From: Candidatus Latescibacterota bacterium
GTDB taxonomy: Bacteria; Latescibacterota; UBA2968
Direction: 5' to 3'
DNA length: 64,000 nucleotides
Assembly (NCBI GenBank): GCA_965198115.1
Contig: OZ240241.1
Span: 2,336,001 to 2,400,000 of the forward strand
The translations under genes were made by a program, and so were the position numbers. A model generated the notes under the pieces. The model was not told the DNA's origin, ran no database searches, and saw only the letters and a program-made list of their open reading frames with translations. Positions 1-10,498 of this stretch are shown here, piece after piece. Numbering within the stretch: the first letter of the stretch is position 1; each line of letters opens with the position of its first letter.

Positions 1-747
1 GTTCACTTCGTCATCCTGGACGTCGTTCGATACTTCGAGCCCACCGACGAACATCCCGCCAACTGGCACGCGTTAGCCGACGAGGCAATGTTGTCGTGGC
101 TCGAGGACGATCTGTCCGGTGTCGATCACAGCACACCCCTTATCGTGGTTAGCCACATTGCTCTGTCGACGACGTTTCCTTTCCGCCACGGCCAGAAACC
201 CGGAATGGACTTTCCCACGAATGAGGTCGTCAACACCGATCGAATCCTGGCACTGCTCGAACCATTCTCGAACGTCGCCACGCTCCACGGTCACGATCAC
301 GAGAACTGTCGTCACTTTGCCGGTCACATCGAGGTGATGACCACCGCAGCAGTCGCTGGGAATTGGTGGAAGAACGGACTCGACAGCCGAACGGCTCACG
401 GTCGCGAACCACAGGGCTATCGGCTCATCGATATCGACAACGGAACCATCACTAGCATATACGTCCCCTATTCATCCGATCCGGAACTGACGGCGGAGTA
501 CGAGCGTCGCCTGGAATCGGGTCGACGCTTCATCAACGTCTTCGATGCATCGCCCCGCACGACCGTCGAGCTCGACGGAACAGGGCTTCTCGACCCCATT
601 GACCCGCTCGCTAAATCCTCGATCGGTTTGGGTGCGCATCTCTATGAGCTGCCCCTCGGGTTCGATCAGAAGCAAGTCGATGCTCGCGTCACTTTCGAAG
701 ATGGCCGTGTTCACGAACTGACCCTCGAGTGTGTGGAAGTGGAATGA
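1..747 (+). CDS. Calcineurin-like metallophosphoesterase, 5' partial (runs off window start)
   Basis: Frame 1 is open from base 1 (VHFVILDVV...); motifs LIVVSH and LHGHDHEN, then GYRLIDID. Confidence 0.75.
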   Translation, partial: VHFVILDVVRYFEPTDEHPANWHALADEAMLSWLEDDLSGVDHSTPLIVVSHIALSTTFPFRHGQKPGMDFPTNEVVNTDRILALLEPFSNVATLHGHDHENCRHFAGHIEVMTTAAVAGNWWKNGLDSRTAHGREPQGYRLIDIDNGTITSIYVPYSSDPELTAEYERRLESGRRFINVFDASPRTTVELDGTGLLDPIDPLAKSSIGLGAHLYELPLGFDQKQVDARVTFEDGRVHELTLECVEVE

Positions 748-1619
748 GTGAACCGATCCGGACTCGCGTGAACGAGGATGGATACATCGTTGCCCGAAAC
801 GTCCTTTCCGATCGCGAAATCGAAATGATGCAGGCAGAGATGGATGCGATGATCACCTCTTCTCCGATCGATTCCGCTACGCCCACCGATTGGAACGGCC
901 GCGCCGACGATCATCCCGAGGACTTCTCCTTCGACTGCGGGGACGACGGATCACCGATTCTGAAGAGGATCAGCAATCAGCTTGCTCGATCCCGGGTGAT
1001 GCGCACGGTCTATGGGAATCCCAATCTCCTGGCGCTTGTTGAGGAGGTATACGGTCGATCGTTCGTCCCATTCGCCGAATCGATCGTCATCAAGCTTCCA
1101 GAAAACGGATCCGCTTTCGCCTACCACCAGGACGGGAAGCGCTACGACATCCAGGACCGTGGACTAAATCTCGGTATCTACCTGCACCCATCGACCCAGG
1201 ACAACGGGTGCCTCCGAGTCGTTCCCGGATCACACCTGAATGGACTGATCGACGTCCATTCCCTTGCGGAAAACCACGGCCCGATCTTGCCCGACAACGT
1301 TCCCGTAGAAGCAGAGACCGGTGACATCACTATTCACGACCGTAGCGTGATTCACGGATCGTTGCCCAACTCATCCCCGGATCTTCGTATCACTATCTAT
1401 TTTGGATTCCACAAGCTTGAATCCGTCGAATCGATCCACGACGAAGAGCACATCCGAAAGCGAGCTCAGGTCGTAAGTCTTTGCATCCGCGAAAGACAGG
1501 CATCCGGAGAGTTTGTAGACGAGAAGCCCTACGAATACGCTCTGTCGGGGTTCGCCCCTTCACCCGACACAGACGACGAAATCGAAACGGTGCTGCGAGC
1601 ACCAGCACTTGGGATCTGA
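744..1619 (+). CDS. Phytanoyl-CoA dioxygenase (PhyH) family Fe(II)/2OG oxygenase
   Basis: ATGA overlap with upstream stop; EDGYIV, YHQD, NGCLRVVPGSH, distal HGS and R. Confidence 0.85.
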   Translation: MSEPIRTRVNEDGYIVARNVLSDREIEMMQAEMDAMITSSPIDSATPTDWNGRADDHPEDFSFDCGDDGSPILKRISNQLARSRVMRTVYGNPNLLALVEEVYGRSFVPFAESIVIKLPENGSAFAYHQDGKRYDIQDRGLNLGIYLHPSTQDNGCLRVVPGSHLNGLIDVHSLAENHGPILPDNVPVEAETGDITIHDRSVIHGSLPNSSPDLRITIYFGFHKLESVESIHDEEHIRKRAQVVSLCIRERQASGEFVDEKPYEYALSGFAPSPDTDDEIETVLRAPALGI

Positions 1620-1635
1620 GAGCGGGAGGTCGACA

Positions 1636-2487
1636 TTGAGTCACGGAATCAATCAGAAACGGAAACAGTTCGAGCGAGATGGCTTCTACATCTTCAAGAG
1701 TATTCTCGACACCCAGATGATCTACGACCTCAACGAACTCTGCGACGAGATCCTGGCTCAGCAGGAACCCGATTACTTCGAGATGCACCGTACGACTGGC
1801 AGTATGATCCTGATCGACTACGAGATGGCCTATCAGCACCGCCTGATGGGTGATTTCATCGCGCACGCCAATGTGTTGGACGCCCTCGGCCAACTGGGCT
1901 TCGACGATCCGAAATTCGGCCACGGACGAATCATCACGAAACCTCCGCACAGCCCGCCCCTCTTCTGGCACGAGGACGGTCGCTTCTGGAACGACCCCGT
2001 CAGCTACACAACACAGCCGATTCAGGTCTTCCTGATGTACTACCTCGTCGACACGACCCCCGAAAACGGCTGTCTCCGCGTCGTACCTGGCTCGCACTTG
2101 AAGCGCCATCCCCTTCACGACCAGATATCTGAAAGCCACACGGATGAGCTCAGAACGTATGCGAATCCTGACGATCCCGGTTTCTCCCACGTAGATGACG
2201 AAATCGACGTGCCGGTCAAGGCGGGCGACCTCGTCGTCGGCTACGGCAGCCTGCTCCACGCCTCTCACGCGAACAAGTCGGAATTGCGACGCACCGTACT
2301 CACGATGTGGTACTATCCCGATTACGTGAACCTGCCTGAACGTACTCAGGTGACTGTCGCCACATCGGAGAAACGCAGCCCGCCACCGAGCGACGAACCG
2401 ATTCCCGAACTCGAGGCACTCAGGATCGAGTATCACGGAAACGCGGAACCGATCGAGATCGAATGGGTACCGAAGGGCTTGAAGTAA
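1636..2487 (+). CDS. PhyH family dioxygenase
   Basis: GGAGG then TTG start; FERDGF, WHED, ENGCLRVVPGSH, LLHASHAN...RR. Confidence 0.85.
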   Translation: MSHGINQKRKQFERDGFYIFKSILDTQMIYDLNELCDEILAQQEPDYFEMHRTTGSMILIDYEMAYQHRLMGDFIAHANVLDALGQLGFDDPKFGHGRIITKPPHSPPLFWHEDGRFWNDPVSYTTQPIQVFLMYYLVDTTPENGCLRVVPGSHLKRHPLHDQISESHTDELRTYANPDDPGFSHVDDEIDVPVKAGDLVVGYGSLLHASHANKSELRRTVLTMWYYPDYVNLPERTQVTVATSEKRSPPPSDEPIPELEALRIEYHGNAEPIEIEWVPKGLK

Positions 2488-2498
2488 GCGAGAAAAAT

Positions 2499-2858
2499 AT
2501 GACTGGAGCAGATTGGAAAATCACCGCCACGCGACCGGTGTTGATCGTCTCCGACATTACGAAAGCGATCGAATTCTACATTCGAATTGGCTTTGAGGAG
2601 GCTTTCCGGAACGACATCGTCTACGCCGTGATGAGAATGGGCGACTTCACGCTCCATCTTGGAACGCATATGGAATACGAGGGAGCCGGTCAGTCACAAG
2701 CCGTGATCGAGATCGAAGGTGTTGAAGCGTACTATGCGTTCTGCCGGCAGCAAGGCGTCGAGATCGAGCGGGAACTACAGGAGCAGTTCTACGGAATGGT
2801 TGACTTCAGACTAAGGGATCCCGACGGCAACGTCATTACCTTCGGCGAGAAGCGTTAG
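2499..2858 (+). CDS. VOC/glyoxalase/bleomycin-resistance family protein
   Basis: VSDITKAIEFY...GF and YGMVDFRLRDPDGNVITFG. Confidence 0.85.
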   Translation: MTGADWKITATRPVLIVSDITKAIEFYIRIGFEEAFRNDIVYAVMRMGDFTLHLGTHMEYEGAGQSQAVIEIEGVEAYYAFCRQQGVEIERELQEQFYGMVDFRLRDPDGNVITFGEKR

Positions 2859-2865
2859 CTCAGAT

Positions 2866-3222
2866 ATGATCAAGTATATGTGTTCTCTTCTCGTCGACGG
2901 GAAACGATGGGTTTGGGATGTCGAGCGTCTGTGGCGCATCACAGCGGATATTCCCGTCAAACGAGTGGCCATCGACGACCTGGAGTGCCTGGACAGAGAT
3001 GGTTGGTTCGGGACGCACACGGTCCCCACCCTCCGCAACATCGCCGACCACTGCCAGCGTGCCCTCGAGAGCGATCTCTCACGTCCCATCATCCTGAACG
3101 CCGACGGCAGCCTGATGGACGGCGGCCACCGAATCCTGAAAGCCCTCCTCGAAGGACGCACCACCATCGACGCCGTTCGGTTCGAAACAATACCCGAACC
3201 CGACGAGATCAGAGATGAGTGA
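2866..3222 (+). CDS. Small stand-alone ParB/Srx N-terminal-like protein
   Basis: PIILNADGSLMDGGHRILKA motif. Confidence 0.55.
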   Translation: MIKYMCSLLVDGKRWVWDVERLWRITADIPVKRVAIDDLECLDRDGWFGTHTVPTLRNIADHCQRALESDLSRPIILNADGSLMDGGHRILKALLEGRTTIDAVRFETIPEPDEIRDE

Positions 3223-3375
3223 ACCACGACCCGTCTGCGGTCAGAGACCCTTTCCACCCACAAAGGGGCGAAGCCGTCTCTCCGCCCACAGCCGACCGCC
3301 CACAGCCTGCCCGCCGAAACGACGAAGTCGCGTAGAGGGGTACACCGTCTACCCCCTTAGAATGGGGTCCAAGGT

Positions 3376-5508
3376 ATGACGATCACGCCCTCGAACTACG
3401 AGCATCTATCACCGCACGGTGATCTCGACTCGGTGCTCGGGCGTTCAATTGCGCATCTCTTGGAGATTCCCAAAGAACGGCTTTTCGCCGATTTCAATCG
3501 TAAGCCCGGAAGCTGGGCGTACGGCGGTGATTTCGTCTCCCGCTGGCTGGACGGGTTCGCACACTACCAGAGGATGCCCGACTATCGCGACCTGGACAGC
3601 GGGATTCTGGACGTAGCCGAGCGGATCATTGCTTTCCAGTCGCCGGACGGATTCTTCGGGAAGAACTACATCGTCAACGAATACACCGGCACACTTCAGG
3701 TCGCGGAGGCGCTTCTCGGGGTCTACGACACGTTTTCCTACCAGCCCGCATTGGAAAGTGCTGGAAGAGCCCTCGATTTCTTCTACGAATACGTGCTGCC
3801 GGTGGGTAGGGGCACGATCGAACCCGAGGCGGATCCGTTCGCAGCTCCGGTGAAAAGGCAGCGAACGAAGATTCTCCCGGACGCAGCCGTACCGATGATC
3901 TTCGGATATCGCTACTTCTATGGGATCCAGGCGTTCTCCCGCTACTTCGAGATCACCGGTGATCGGCGCGGCTTGGACTATGTCTCGAACGTCTTTTCAG
4001 AATGCGATGTCTTCGGACCGTGCGATGACTACGAGCGGATCACGGGCAACCTGCACGTGCTCATCCATATCTACCGCGGGCTTCTCGCCTTCGGGCACTG
4101 CACTCAGGATGCAGAGGTGCTCGCGAAGGTTGTCGAATTCTGGGAGTGGGTGAAGGAGACGAAGTCCTGGATCTCCGGCGGTATTCAGGAATGGCTCATC
4201 GCCACCACATCTTCGGAAACGACGATAGAGGACAACGACGCGCTCTTCTACACGGGAGAGAAGCAGGGACGAGACAAGATCGACGAGACGTGTACGGTAT
4301 CCGACTGGATGATGCTCGGTTTCGATCTCTACCGAGCCACTGGCGAGAGTCGCTTCTTGGATACCGGAGAGCGCACGTTCGTGGATCACCACCGTTTCGA
4401 TTTCGCGGCGAACGGAGGATGGTGCGGTCACCGCGGGCTCTGGGGTGACACCGGGAGTGTGTGGGATTGCTGCTGTTCCCATCACGGACCACGCTGCCTC
4501 GTCGATGCACTGCGGTATGCCGCTGTGTCCGTCGATGAAGAGGCTGTGGTCAACCTCTACGTTCCCGTGGAAACGCGTGTCGAAACGAAGACCGGGGTCG
4601 CCCACGTGACCATCGATCCCGAAGCGGACGGCTCGGGGGCGACCATCACATTCGGCGAGCAGACCCGGGGCGAGTTTTCGTTACGTCTCCGATGCCCTGA
4701 ATGGAGCGATGGACTCAGGGTCGATGGACAAACCGCGACACGGGGCTCCCACCTCAGCGTTGCCGAGAAATGGGCGCCCGGTAGGAGCATTCGCGTCCAC
4801 TTCGACGCGCGCAACGAGCTACAGATCTGCACCCGGGGCCCCGGGATCTGCATCGGATCGGCGGGTCGTGCCGTAGCCGCGCTACGTCACGGTCCCTACA
4901 CATACGCCCTTCGCGATGCCGATGTGGGTGACTTCGGATTGACATCGGAGCGGGTACGCATTGAGCGATCGTCCAACCCTGAGTTTCAGAAGCTTCACCT
5001 GAGCGTGCCGGAAGCCGTCGATACGCTGATCACGCACCACGACGGTGCCCCTACGCTGACATTCAGGATATTCGTCGATGACGAGCTCGTCTACGCCGGG
5101 GAACGGCGAAGTTTCGTGGAAGTGCCGCTGACCGGCGCAAGCGAAGTCATTCTCGAAACCAGTTCCGGTTCTTCGGACGTCTCTCCGGCGCTCGGGCGCT
5201 GGCACAACTGCCGCGTACTCACTGCCGACGGCAACATCACCTTTCTCGATACGACCTCGCCGAACGGTGGAGATCAGTTTCTCCGGCGAATCTATTTCAG
5301 AGAAGAAACGAAAGCCAGCGAGTGGCATCCCGATGGCAGTGTGACCGCCGACATCCACGACGATGTAGGCACCGCGCAGTCCGTCCGACTCGTTCCTCTG
5401 GTACAGATCGAAAACGAGCTCGAGGACCCTAACTACGACCTCGGGGGTACCGTGCTGCCGTTTCTCAAACCAGTGGCCTTCCGGGCAATGCTTCCGCTGC
5501 TCGAATAG
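3376..5508 (+). CDS. GH127/GH146-like beta-L-arabinofuranosidase domain protein with probable NPCBM-like C-terminal module
   Basis: DETC and WDCCC motifs, VNLYVP, LRLRCPEW, GPYTYA. Confidence 0.75.
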   Translation: MTITPSNYEHLSPHGDLDSVLGRSIAHLLEIPKERLFADFNRKPGSWAYGGDFVSRWLDGFAHYQRMPDYRDLDSGILDVAERIIAFQSPDGFFGKNYIVNEYTGTLQVAEALLGVYDTFSYQPALESAGRALDFFYEYVLPVGRGTIEPEADPFAAPVKRQRTKILPDAAVPMIFGYRYFYGIQAFSRYFEITGDRRGLDYVSNVFSECDVFGPCDDYERITGNLHVLIHIYRGLLAFGHCTQDAEVLAKVVEFWEWVKETKSWISGGIQEWLIATTSSETTIEDNDALFYTGEKQGRDKIDETCTVSDWMMLGFDLYRATGESRFLDTGERTFVDHHRFDFAANGGWCGHRGLWGDTGSVWDCCCSHHGPRCLVDALRYAAVSVDEEAVVNLYVPVETRVETKTGVAHVTIDPEADGSGATITFGEQTRGEFSLRLRCPEWSDGLRVDGQTATRGSHLSVAEKWAPGRSIRVHFDARNELQICTRGPGICIGSAGRAVAALRHGPYTYALRDADVGDFGLTSERVRIERSSNPEFQKLHLSVPEAVDTLITHHDGAPTLTFRIFVDDELVYAGERRSFVEVPLTGASEVILETSSGSSDVSPALGRWHNCRVLTADGNITFLDTTSPNGGDQFLRRIYFREETKASEWHPDGSVTADIHDDVGTAQSVRLVPLVQIENELEDPNYDLGGTVLPFLKPVAFRAMLPLLE

Positions 5509-5642
5509 CGTGGATCACGACCGACGCCGTTCGGTTTGGAAATGCTCGAACCCGATGAAGTCAGGGATAAGCAACTTTCACTCGCGTAAGGACGTGACCA
5601 CTCTTCCCGCCCACCGCCGACAGCCCACAGTCGTAGCAGTAC

Positions 5643-5685
5643 ATCCTGAGCACCTCGACTACGCTCGGCACAGGCTCCGTCGAAG
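5643..5685. repeat. REP-like palindromic intergenic element (CTCGACT-CGCTC family)
   Basis: GAGCACCTCGACTACGCTCGGCACAGGC, nearly identical to the copy at ~17905. Confidence 0.6.
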
Positions 5686-5715
5686 CTGCTCCCACCGTAC
5701 ACCCTCTTAAACTCA

Positions 5716-6570
5716 ATGCTCGATTCAACTCCCAACCTCGTCTCCGTCCACGGCGGCCACAGCGGCCAGTTCTGCAGCCACGCCGAGGATACGCTCGAAG
5801 AGATTGTTAGAACCTATATCGACAAAGGTTTCGCGTGGTTCGGCATCACCGAACACGTCCCACCCCTGTCCGATCGTTTCATGTTTCCGGAAGAAATCGA
5901 GGAAGGGCTGACCGCCGAACGAATGCGCAGTCGCTTCGAGGAATACTTCTCCGTCGCCCGGGATCTTCAGAAGCGGTACACGGGTTCGATTCGGATTCTG
6001 GTCGGGTTCGAGACGGAAGGCTACACGGGATTCGAAGACCACGTCACCAGCCTGAGGGAGCACTACAAGCCTGACTACATCGTCGGGTCCGTACACCACG
6101 TACACGATATCCCCATCGACGGATCGAAAGAGAGCTATCAAGAGGCCATCGGGCTGTCGGGAAGCATCGAAAATCTCTACTGTGAATACTTCGATCGACA
6201 ACTGATCCTGTTGGATGCTCTGAGTCCCGAAGTTGTCGGCCACTTCGACCTGATTCGAATCCACGATCCCGGATATCCTGATCGTCTCGAAACACTCGAA
6301 ATCAAAGACAGGATTCTCCGCAATCTGGAGAAGGTCCGAGAACTGGGATCGATCCTCGACTTCAATGTCCGCGCGTTCGAAAAGGGCGCGACGGAACCCT
6401 ATGTTGCTCCCTCGATTCTCGAATTGGCTCTCGACCTGGCGATCCCGTGCGTTCCGGGCGATGACTCCCACGGCGTCGCCGGTGTTGGCCTCCACGTGCA
6501 AAAGGGCATCGCCATTCTGAAGGAACACGGTTTCTCAACCGATTGGCCCACACCGGGTCGTATCCACTGA
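5716..6570 (+). CDS. hisK: Histidinol-phosphatase, PHP family (HisJ/HisK)
   Basis: SVHGGHSGQFCSHA, GITEH, GSVHH, GHFDLI, GDDSH. Confidence 0.85.
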   Translation: MLDSTPNLVSVHGGHSGQFCSHAEDTLEEIVRTYIDKGFAWFGITEHVPPLSDRFMFPEEIEEGLTAERMRSRFEEYFSVARDLQKRYTGSIRILVGFETEGYTGFEDHVTSLREHYKPDYIVGSVHHVHDIPIDGSKESYQEAIGLSGSIENLYCEYFDRQLILLDALSPEVVGHFDLIRIHDPGYPDRLETLEIKDRILRNLEKVRELGSILDFNVRAFEKGATEPYVAPSILELALDLAIPCVPGDDSHGVAGVGLHVQKGIAILKEHGFSTDWPTPGRIH

Positions 6571-6616
6571 GAGGACCGCGTTTTCCTGACTTCTGACCTC
6601 CGACCGCTCTTCTCTT

Positions 6617-6705
6617 ATGTCACCACAGGAACTCGCCCGGCATCTTCGTGATATCCACACGTCTGCTGACGCCTACCGACCAGAATTACCGCACGTCGTC
6701 GAGGG
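6617..6705 (+). pseudogene. 5' fragment (~29 codons) of a GNAT-like gene, paralog of 9711
   Basis: LARHLRDIHTSADAYRPELPHVVE vs LARTLRDIHTTADAYRPDLPRVVE at 9711; similarity ends abruptly. Confidence 0.7.
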
Positions 6706-6870
6706 GGGTTACATCGGATGGGCAGGCGTGACGGAGAACTACAGAGGATCCCAGTTATTTTTCGGATCGAAAATGTTGGAGCTGCTTTACGGTTCCTTGC
6801 AGGGCGATTGCGTTGGCGAGCACCCCACTTGAGGAAGGTGCAGTAAACTGATTTCAACAAGAGGAAGAGA

Positions 6871-7965
6871 GTGAGTCAGCAGACCAGATCGAACATCCTG
6901 AAGATCCTGGAAGTCATCGTAACCCTCTATCTGTTCCTGCTCAGCATCAAACTACTGGGGCACTCGTTCAAGCTGTTCGGCAGGGGCTTTGCGGAAGGAA
7001 TGATCGAGTTTACGTCTGATCCGATCGTGGGTCTGATGACAGGCATTGTGGCCACAAGTCTGATTCAGAGCTCCTCCACGACGACTTCCATCGTGGTAAG
7101 TCTGGTGGCTGGCGGCGCGCTTTCTCTCAATACCGCCATTCCCATCATTATGGGAGCGAACATCGGGACCACGATTACCAACACGTTGGTCTCCATCGGC
7201 CACATCACGCACCGCCTGGAGTTCAGACGCGCGTTCTCGGCTAGTGTCGTCCACGACTTTTTCAACATCTGCGCGGTGATCCTGTTTTTTCCCATCGAAT
7301 TGAAGTTCCACCTGGTCGCAAAGATTGCTACCGGCCTGGAGAAGTCGTTTTCCGGAGCCGGGGGAATGAAATTGTTCAACCCGCTCAAGGCAGTTCTCGA
7401 TCCAGTCATCAAATCGGTCACCCACCTGTTCTCTGCTGTCCCGTATTCGAACATCGTCCTGATGGTGTTTTCAATCGTGCTCATGTTCGCGGCTCTGAGC
7501 TTCCTGATCCGAACCATCAGATCCCTGGTTTTGGAGAAGATCGAAATGATCATTCAAAACTACCTGTTCAGGAACGATGTCCTGGCTCTCGTTCTGGGGT
7601 TGTTGATGACCGCCGTCGTACAGAGCAGTTCGATCACGACTTCCCTCATCATCCCTCTGGCCGGGGCGGGTTTGGTAACGATCCGGCAGATTTTCCCCTA
7701 CACCTTGGGCTCGAATCTGGGAACGACGATGACGGCCATTCTGGCGGCGATGGCCACGCAGAATCACATCGCCGTAACAGTCGCTTTCTCTCATCTCTGC
7801 TTCAACATTCTGGGAATGGCTATCTTTTATCCTTTGAGGTCCATTCCCATCCGCCTGGCTGAGTTTGTGGGTGGGAAAGCGAGCGAATCGAAGAGAAATC
7901 TGGTGTCCTTCATCGTGATCTACATCTTGCTGCATTTTATCCCGATAGTTTTCGTCGTAATCTGA
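6871..7965 (+). CDS. nptA: Na+/Pi cotransporter (NptA/SLC34 family)
   Basis: Two QSSS signature repeats, GANIGTT/GSNLGTT, HDFFN; GAGGA RBS. Confidence 0.9.
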   Translation: MSQQTRSNILKILEVIVTLYLFLLSIKLLGHSFKLFGRGFAEGMIEFTSDPIVGLMTGIVATSLIQSSSTTTSIVVSLVAGGALSLNTAIPIIMGANIGTTITNTLVSIGHITHRLEFRRAFSASVVHDFFNICAVILFFPIELKFHLVAKIATGLEKSFSGAGGMKLFNPLKAVLDPVIKSVTHLFSAVPYSNIVLMVFSIVLMFAALSFLIRTIRSLVLEKIEMIIQNYLFRNDVLALVLGLLMTAVVQSSSITTSLIIPLAGAGLVTIRQIFPYTLGSNLGTTMTAILAAMATQNHIAVTVAFSHLCFNILGMAIFYPLRSIPIRLAEFVGGKASESKRNLVSFIVIYILLHFIPIVFVVI

Positions 7966-7993
7966 TGATAGAAATTTGAGACGAGGTGAGACG

Positions 7994-8659
7994 ATGTGGA
8001 AAAACCTGATCAAGATCTGGCGAACGGATAACCTCCTCAATGACGCCTGGGGCGAATCCTTCCAGATGCTCCAGATCGACCAGGAAATGTTCCTGGAGGC
8101 GGTCCGGGTCCTGCGGGAAACGGACGGTGCGACGGAGAGCGCAGGCATTCTGAGAATGGATGCGAAGGTTGATGCGTACGAGCAGGAAGTGCGAAGAAAA
8201 CTCATGACACACTGTTCCGTTCAGGGACCGTCGGAAATGCCCCAGAGTATGGTTCTGGTTACGCTTGTGATCGATCTGGAGCGCATAGGGGACTACGTCA
8301 AGAACATCGTGAATCTGGCTGTCAACCATCCTCGCAGACTGGAGGGGGGGCATTTGGAAGGGGATCTGCGGCGTGTGGAAGAAGCGGTGAAACATAATTT
8401 CGTCCGCACCAGGGAATGCCTGGACCCTCCCGATGAGGAGTTGGCGTCGGAGATCCTGGAAGAAACGAAGTGGATAAGTCGAGTGTGCGACGATAGTCTG
8501 ATGAGCCTGGTCAAGGAGGAGGAAGCCGGCATAGCTTCCGGGCAGGCCGTTTCTCTGGCGCTGTATTTTCGTTGGCTGAAACGAATCAATTCGCACCTGG
8601 GTGACATCGCAACAAGTGTGGTATACCCCTTCGACCGGATCGGTTTCAAACCCAAATAA
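7994..8659 (+). CDS. phoU: PhoU domain protein
   Basis: DLERIGDYVKNI and LKRINSHLGDIA repeats; GAGGTG RBS. Confidence 0.85.
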   Translation: MWKNLIKIWRTDNLLNDAWGESFQMLQIDQEMFLEAVRVLRETDGATESAGILRMDAKVDAYEQEVRRKLMTHCSVQGPSEMPQSMVLVTLVIDLERIGDYVKNIVNLAVNHPRRLEGGHLEGDLRRVEEAVKHNFVRTRECLDPPDEELASEILEETKWISRVCDDSLMSLVKEEEAGIASGQAVSLALYFRWLKRINSHLGDIATSVVYPFDRIGFKPK

Positions 8660-9043
8660 CCGATGCTCTTCAGCTCCTACCCCTGAATCAATCGTCAACG
8701 CCACGAGAATCTTTTCACCATCTGGAGACAGCCAGCAGATCGGAGAACGATGAGCAGCCTACGAATAGCCGGCATCTTGACGGTCCCCGTTCGTGATGGT
8801 GACTACAAAAACCGCAACTACCTTCGCGCTCCACGAAGTCGAATTCCAAGAAGCCGTCCTGCGGGAAGCCTGATCCGCCAAGGAGATACGGGCCAGGGTG
8901 AGCAGCTATCTCGACTATCTCACGACCCCGAGTGATGTCCTGAAGACCAGGACGTTCGAAGTCGTTCAAGTCGCACTGAACCGATACGGTATCATGATGC
9001 TCAGATAGAAGAGATCCACGAATCCAGCATTGCCCTGATTGGC

Positions 9044-9348
9044 GTGATCAAATTGCGTATCACCCCAAGGAAAGGTGAAGGGATGTATCTTTTGAGCATC
9101 CACTGCCGCCTGCCCTATTGGGGCGTGAATACGTCACGCGAATCCATAGAGTCCTATCTGGATTGGCTGCTCTACCTGCGACAGGAAAGCGAATTTACCG
9201 TCCAGGACCCCCTGCCGAACGCAAAGGGAGACCTGGTCACCGAAGTCCCGATCGGTGTGGCTGATGAGGAACCTCTTTTCGCCATCCTGCACCGATGGCT
9301 CGATGGTGAGGACCTTCCCGACGGGGGCAAGGACCACCTGGAACGGTC
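9044..9348 (+). pseudogene. Hypothetical protein whose 3' end is fused to a hisJ remnant
   Basis: ORF 9044-9421 runs out of frame into hisJ-like DNA from ~9349. Confidence 0.35.
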
Positions 9349-9575
9349 GGATCGATCTTCGATTTCAACGTCCGCGCCTTCGAGAAGGGTGCTTCAGAAC
9401 CTTACGTTGCACCCTCGATAAATTGAAGTGTTACGGGACCTCGGGATCGCGTGCGTACCAGGCGATGACTCCCACCGTATTGCCGGTGTTGGCCTCCACG
9501 CGGAAAAGGGGATCACCATCCTAAAAAAGCGCGGTTTCCCAACGGACTGGCCGGTTCCGGGTCATCGATCCATGA
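9349..9575 (+). pseudogene. Diverged 3' fragment of a second histidinol-phosphatase gene
   Basis: SIFDFNVRAFEKGASEPYVAPSI, frameshift, then DLGIACVPGDDSHRIAGVGLH; matches 6346-6570. Confidence 0.85.
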
Positions 9576-9637
9576 ATGGTCGTTCTGATGTACGACGAAA
9601 GTTCTCCAGACGGAATCAACGCGTTATCCAATAACCG

Positions 9638-9667
9638 ACACTTCGACTCCGCTCAGTGTGACGGTGT
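9638..9667. repeat. REP-like element
   Basis: ACACTTCGACTCCGCTCAGTGTGACGGTGT, identical 30-mer at 16062-16091. Confidence 0.75.
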
Positions 9668-9710
9668 CTTGCTGCTGAACTCCTGAACACTGCGGTTACC
9701 GGGCCCCGCT

Positions 9711-10129
9711 GTGACACCACTGATCCTCGCCAGAACCCTCCGCGACATCCACACGACGGCTGATGCATACCGGCCAGACCTACCCCGGGTCGTCGAGGAC
9801 ATCGGCGACGCCTACGTTACCCTAGATTCCACCAATGACTCTCGCTATCCATTCGCGAACCTGAACGCCGTTCACTTCCTGGGCTGCACGGAATCCGTGG
9901 TATTGGACGATGTGGACAAGGCTGTTGTGCTGTTCGTCGAGGCGGGCTGTCCTCATTTCTTCCTCTGGCTGAGTCCTTCCGACCAAATTGAGTCGATCAG
10001 GAGTTGGTTGCCCGAACGCGGATTCAAGCCGTTCAAAGGCACAGGCTATCCAACGCTGCTCCGTACTGCCGAGCCTATGGAGCCCCACGATACGACATTG
10101 GAAGTGAGGCCACTGACATCCTCGGATGC
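9711..10129 (+). pseudogene. GNAT-like protein N-terminal half, 3' truncated
   Basis: FFLWLSP...SWLPERGF...LEVRPL, then an abrupt switch to ABC ATPase DNA. Confidence 0.55.
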
Positions 10130-10387
10130 TTGCTCCTGGATGAAGCCACGTCCGCGCTCGATGCCCTTTCCGAACAGCAGATCAAGGAAGCCATAGAGAC
10201 CGTCCGACGGGATCGCACCACCATCGTCATCGCCCATCGACTCTCCACGATCCAACACGCCGACCGTATCCTCGTGCTCGAAGACAACGGCAGCGTCGTC
10301 GAAATCGGCACAAAGGCAGAGCTGCTTTCCCGAGATGGACTCTTCCGAAAATTCTGGGACGCTCAGTCTCTTGATGATCTGTCATAG
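10130..10387 (+). pseudogene. C-terminal fragment of an ABC exporter ATP-binding domain (MsbA-like)
   Basis: [11 protein letters not shown] (Walker B/D-loop) and [17 protein letters not shown]; no Walker A. Confidence 0.85.
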
Positions 10388-10498
10388 CCCGGTTTCGCAG
10401 CATCACATGCCCGGGGTATCGAAGCACCGCAGCAGGCAGTACTTTACCAACATCCACTGAAGTGGGCACCCAATCTGCTGATCATTCTTCGACAACGT

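Noticed and set aside
1393-2436. Long antisense or alternate-frame ORFs (also 25281, 42600, 57833, 60288)
   Set aside because: Shadows of real genes in GC-rich DNA with no recognisable motifs
8700-9040. Short ORFs downstream of phoU
   Set aside because: No recognisable motif; possibly decayed coding DNA but not supportable
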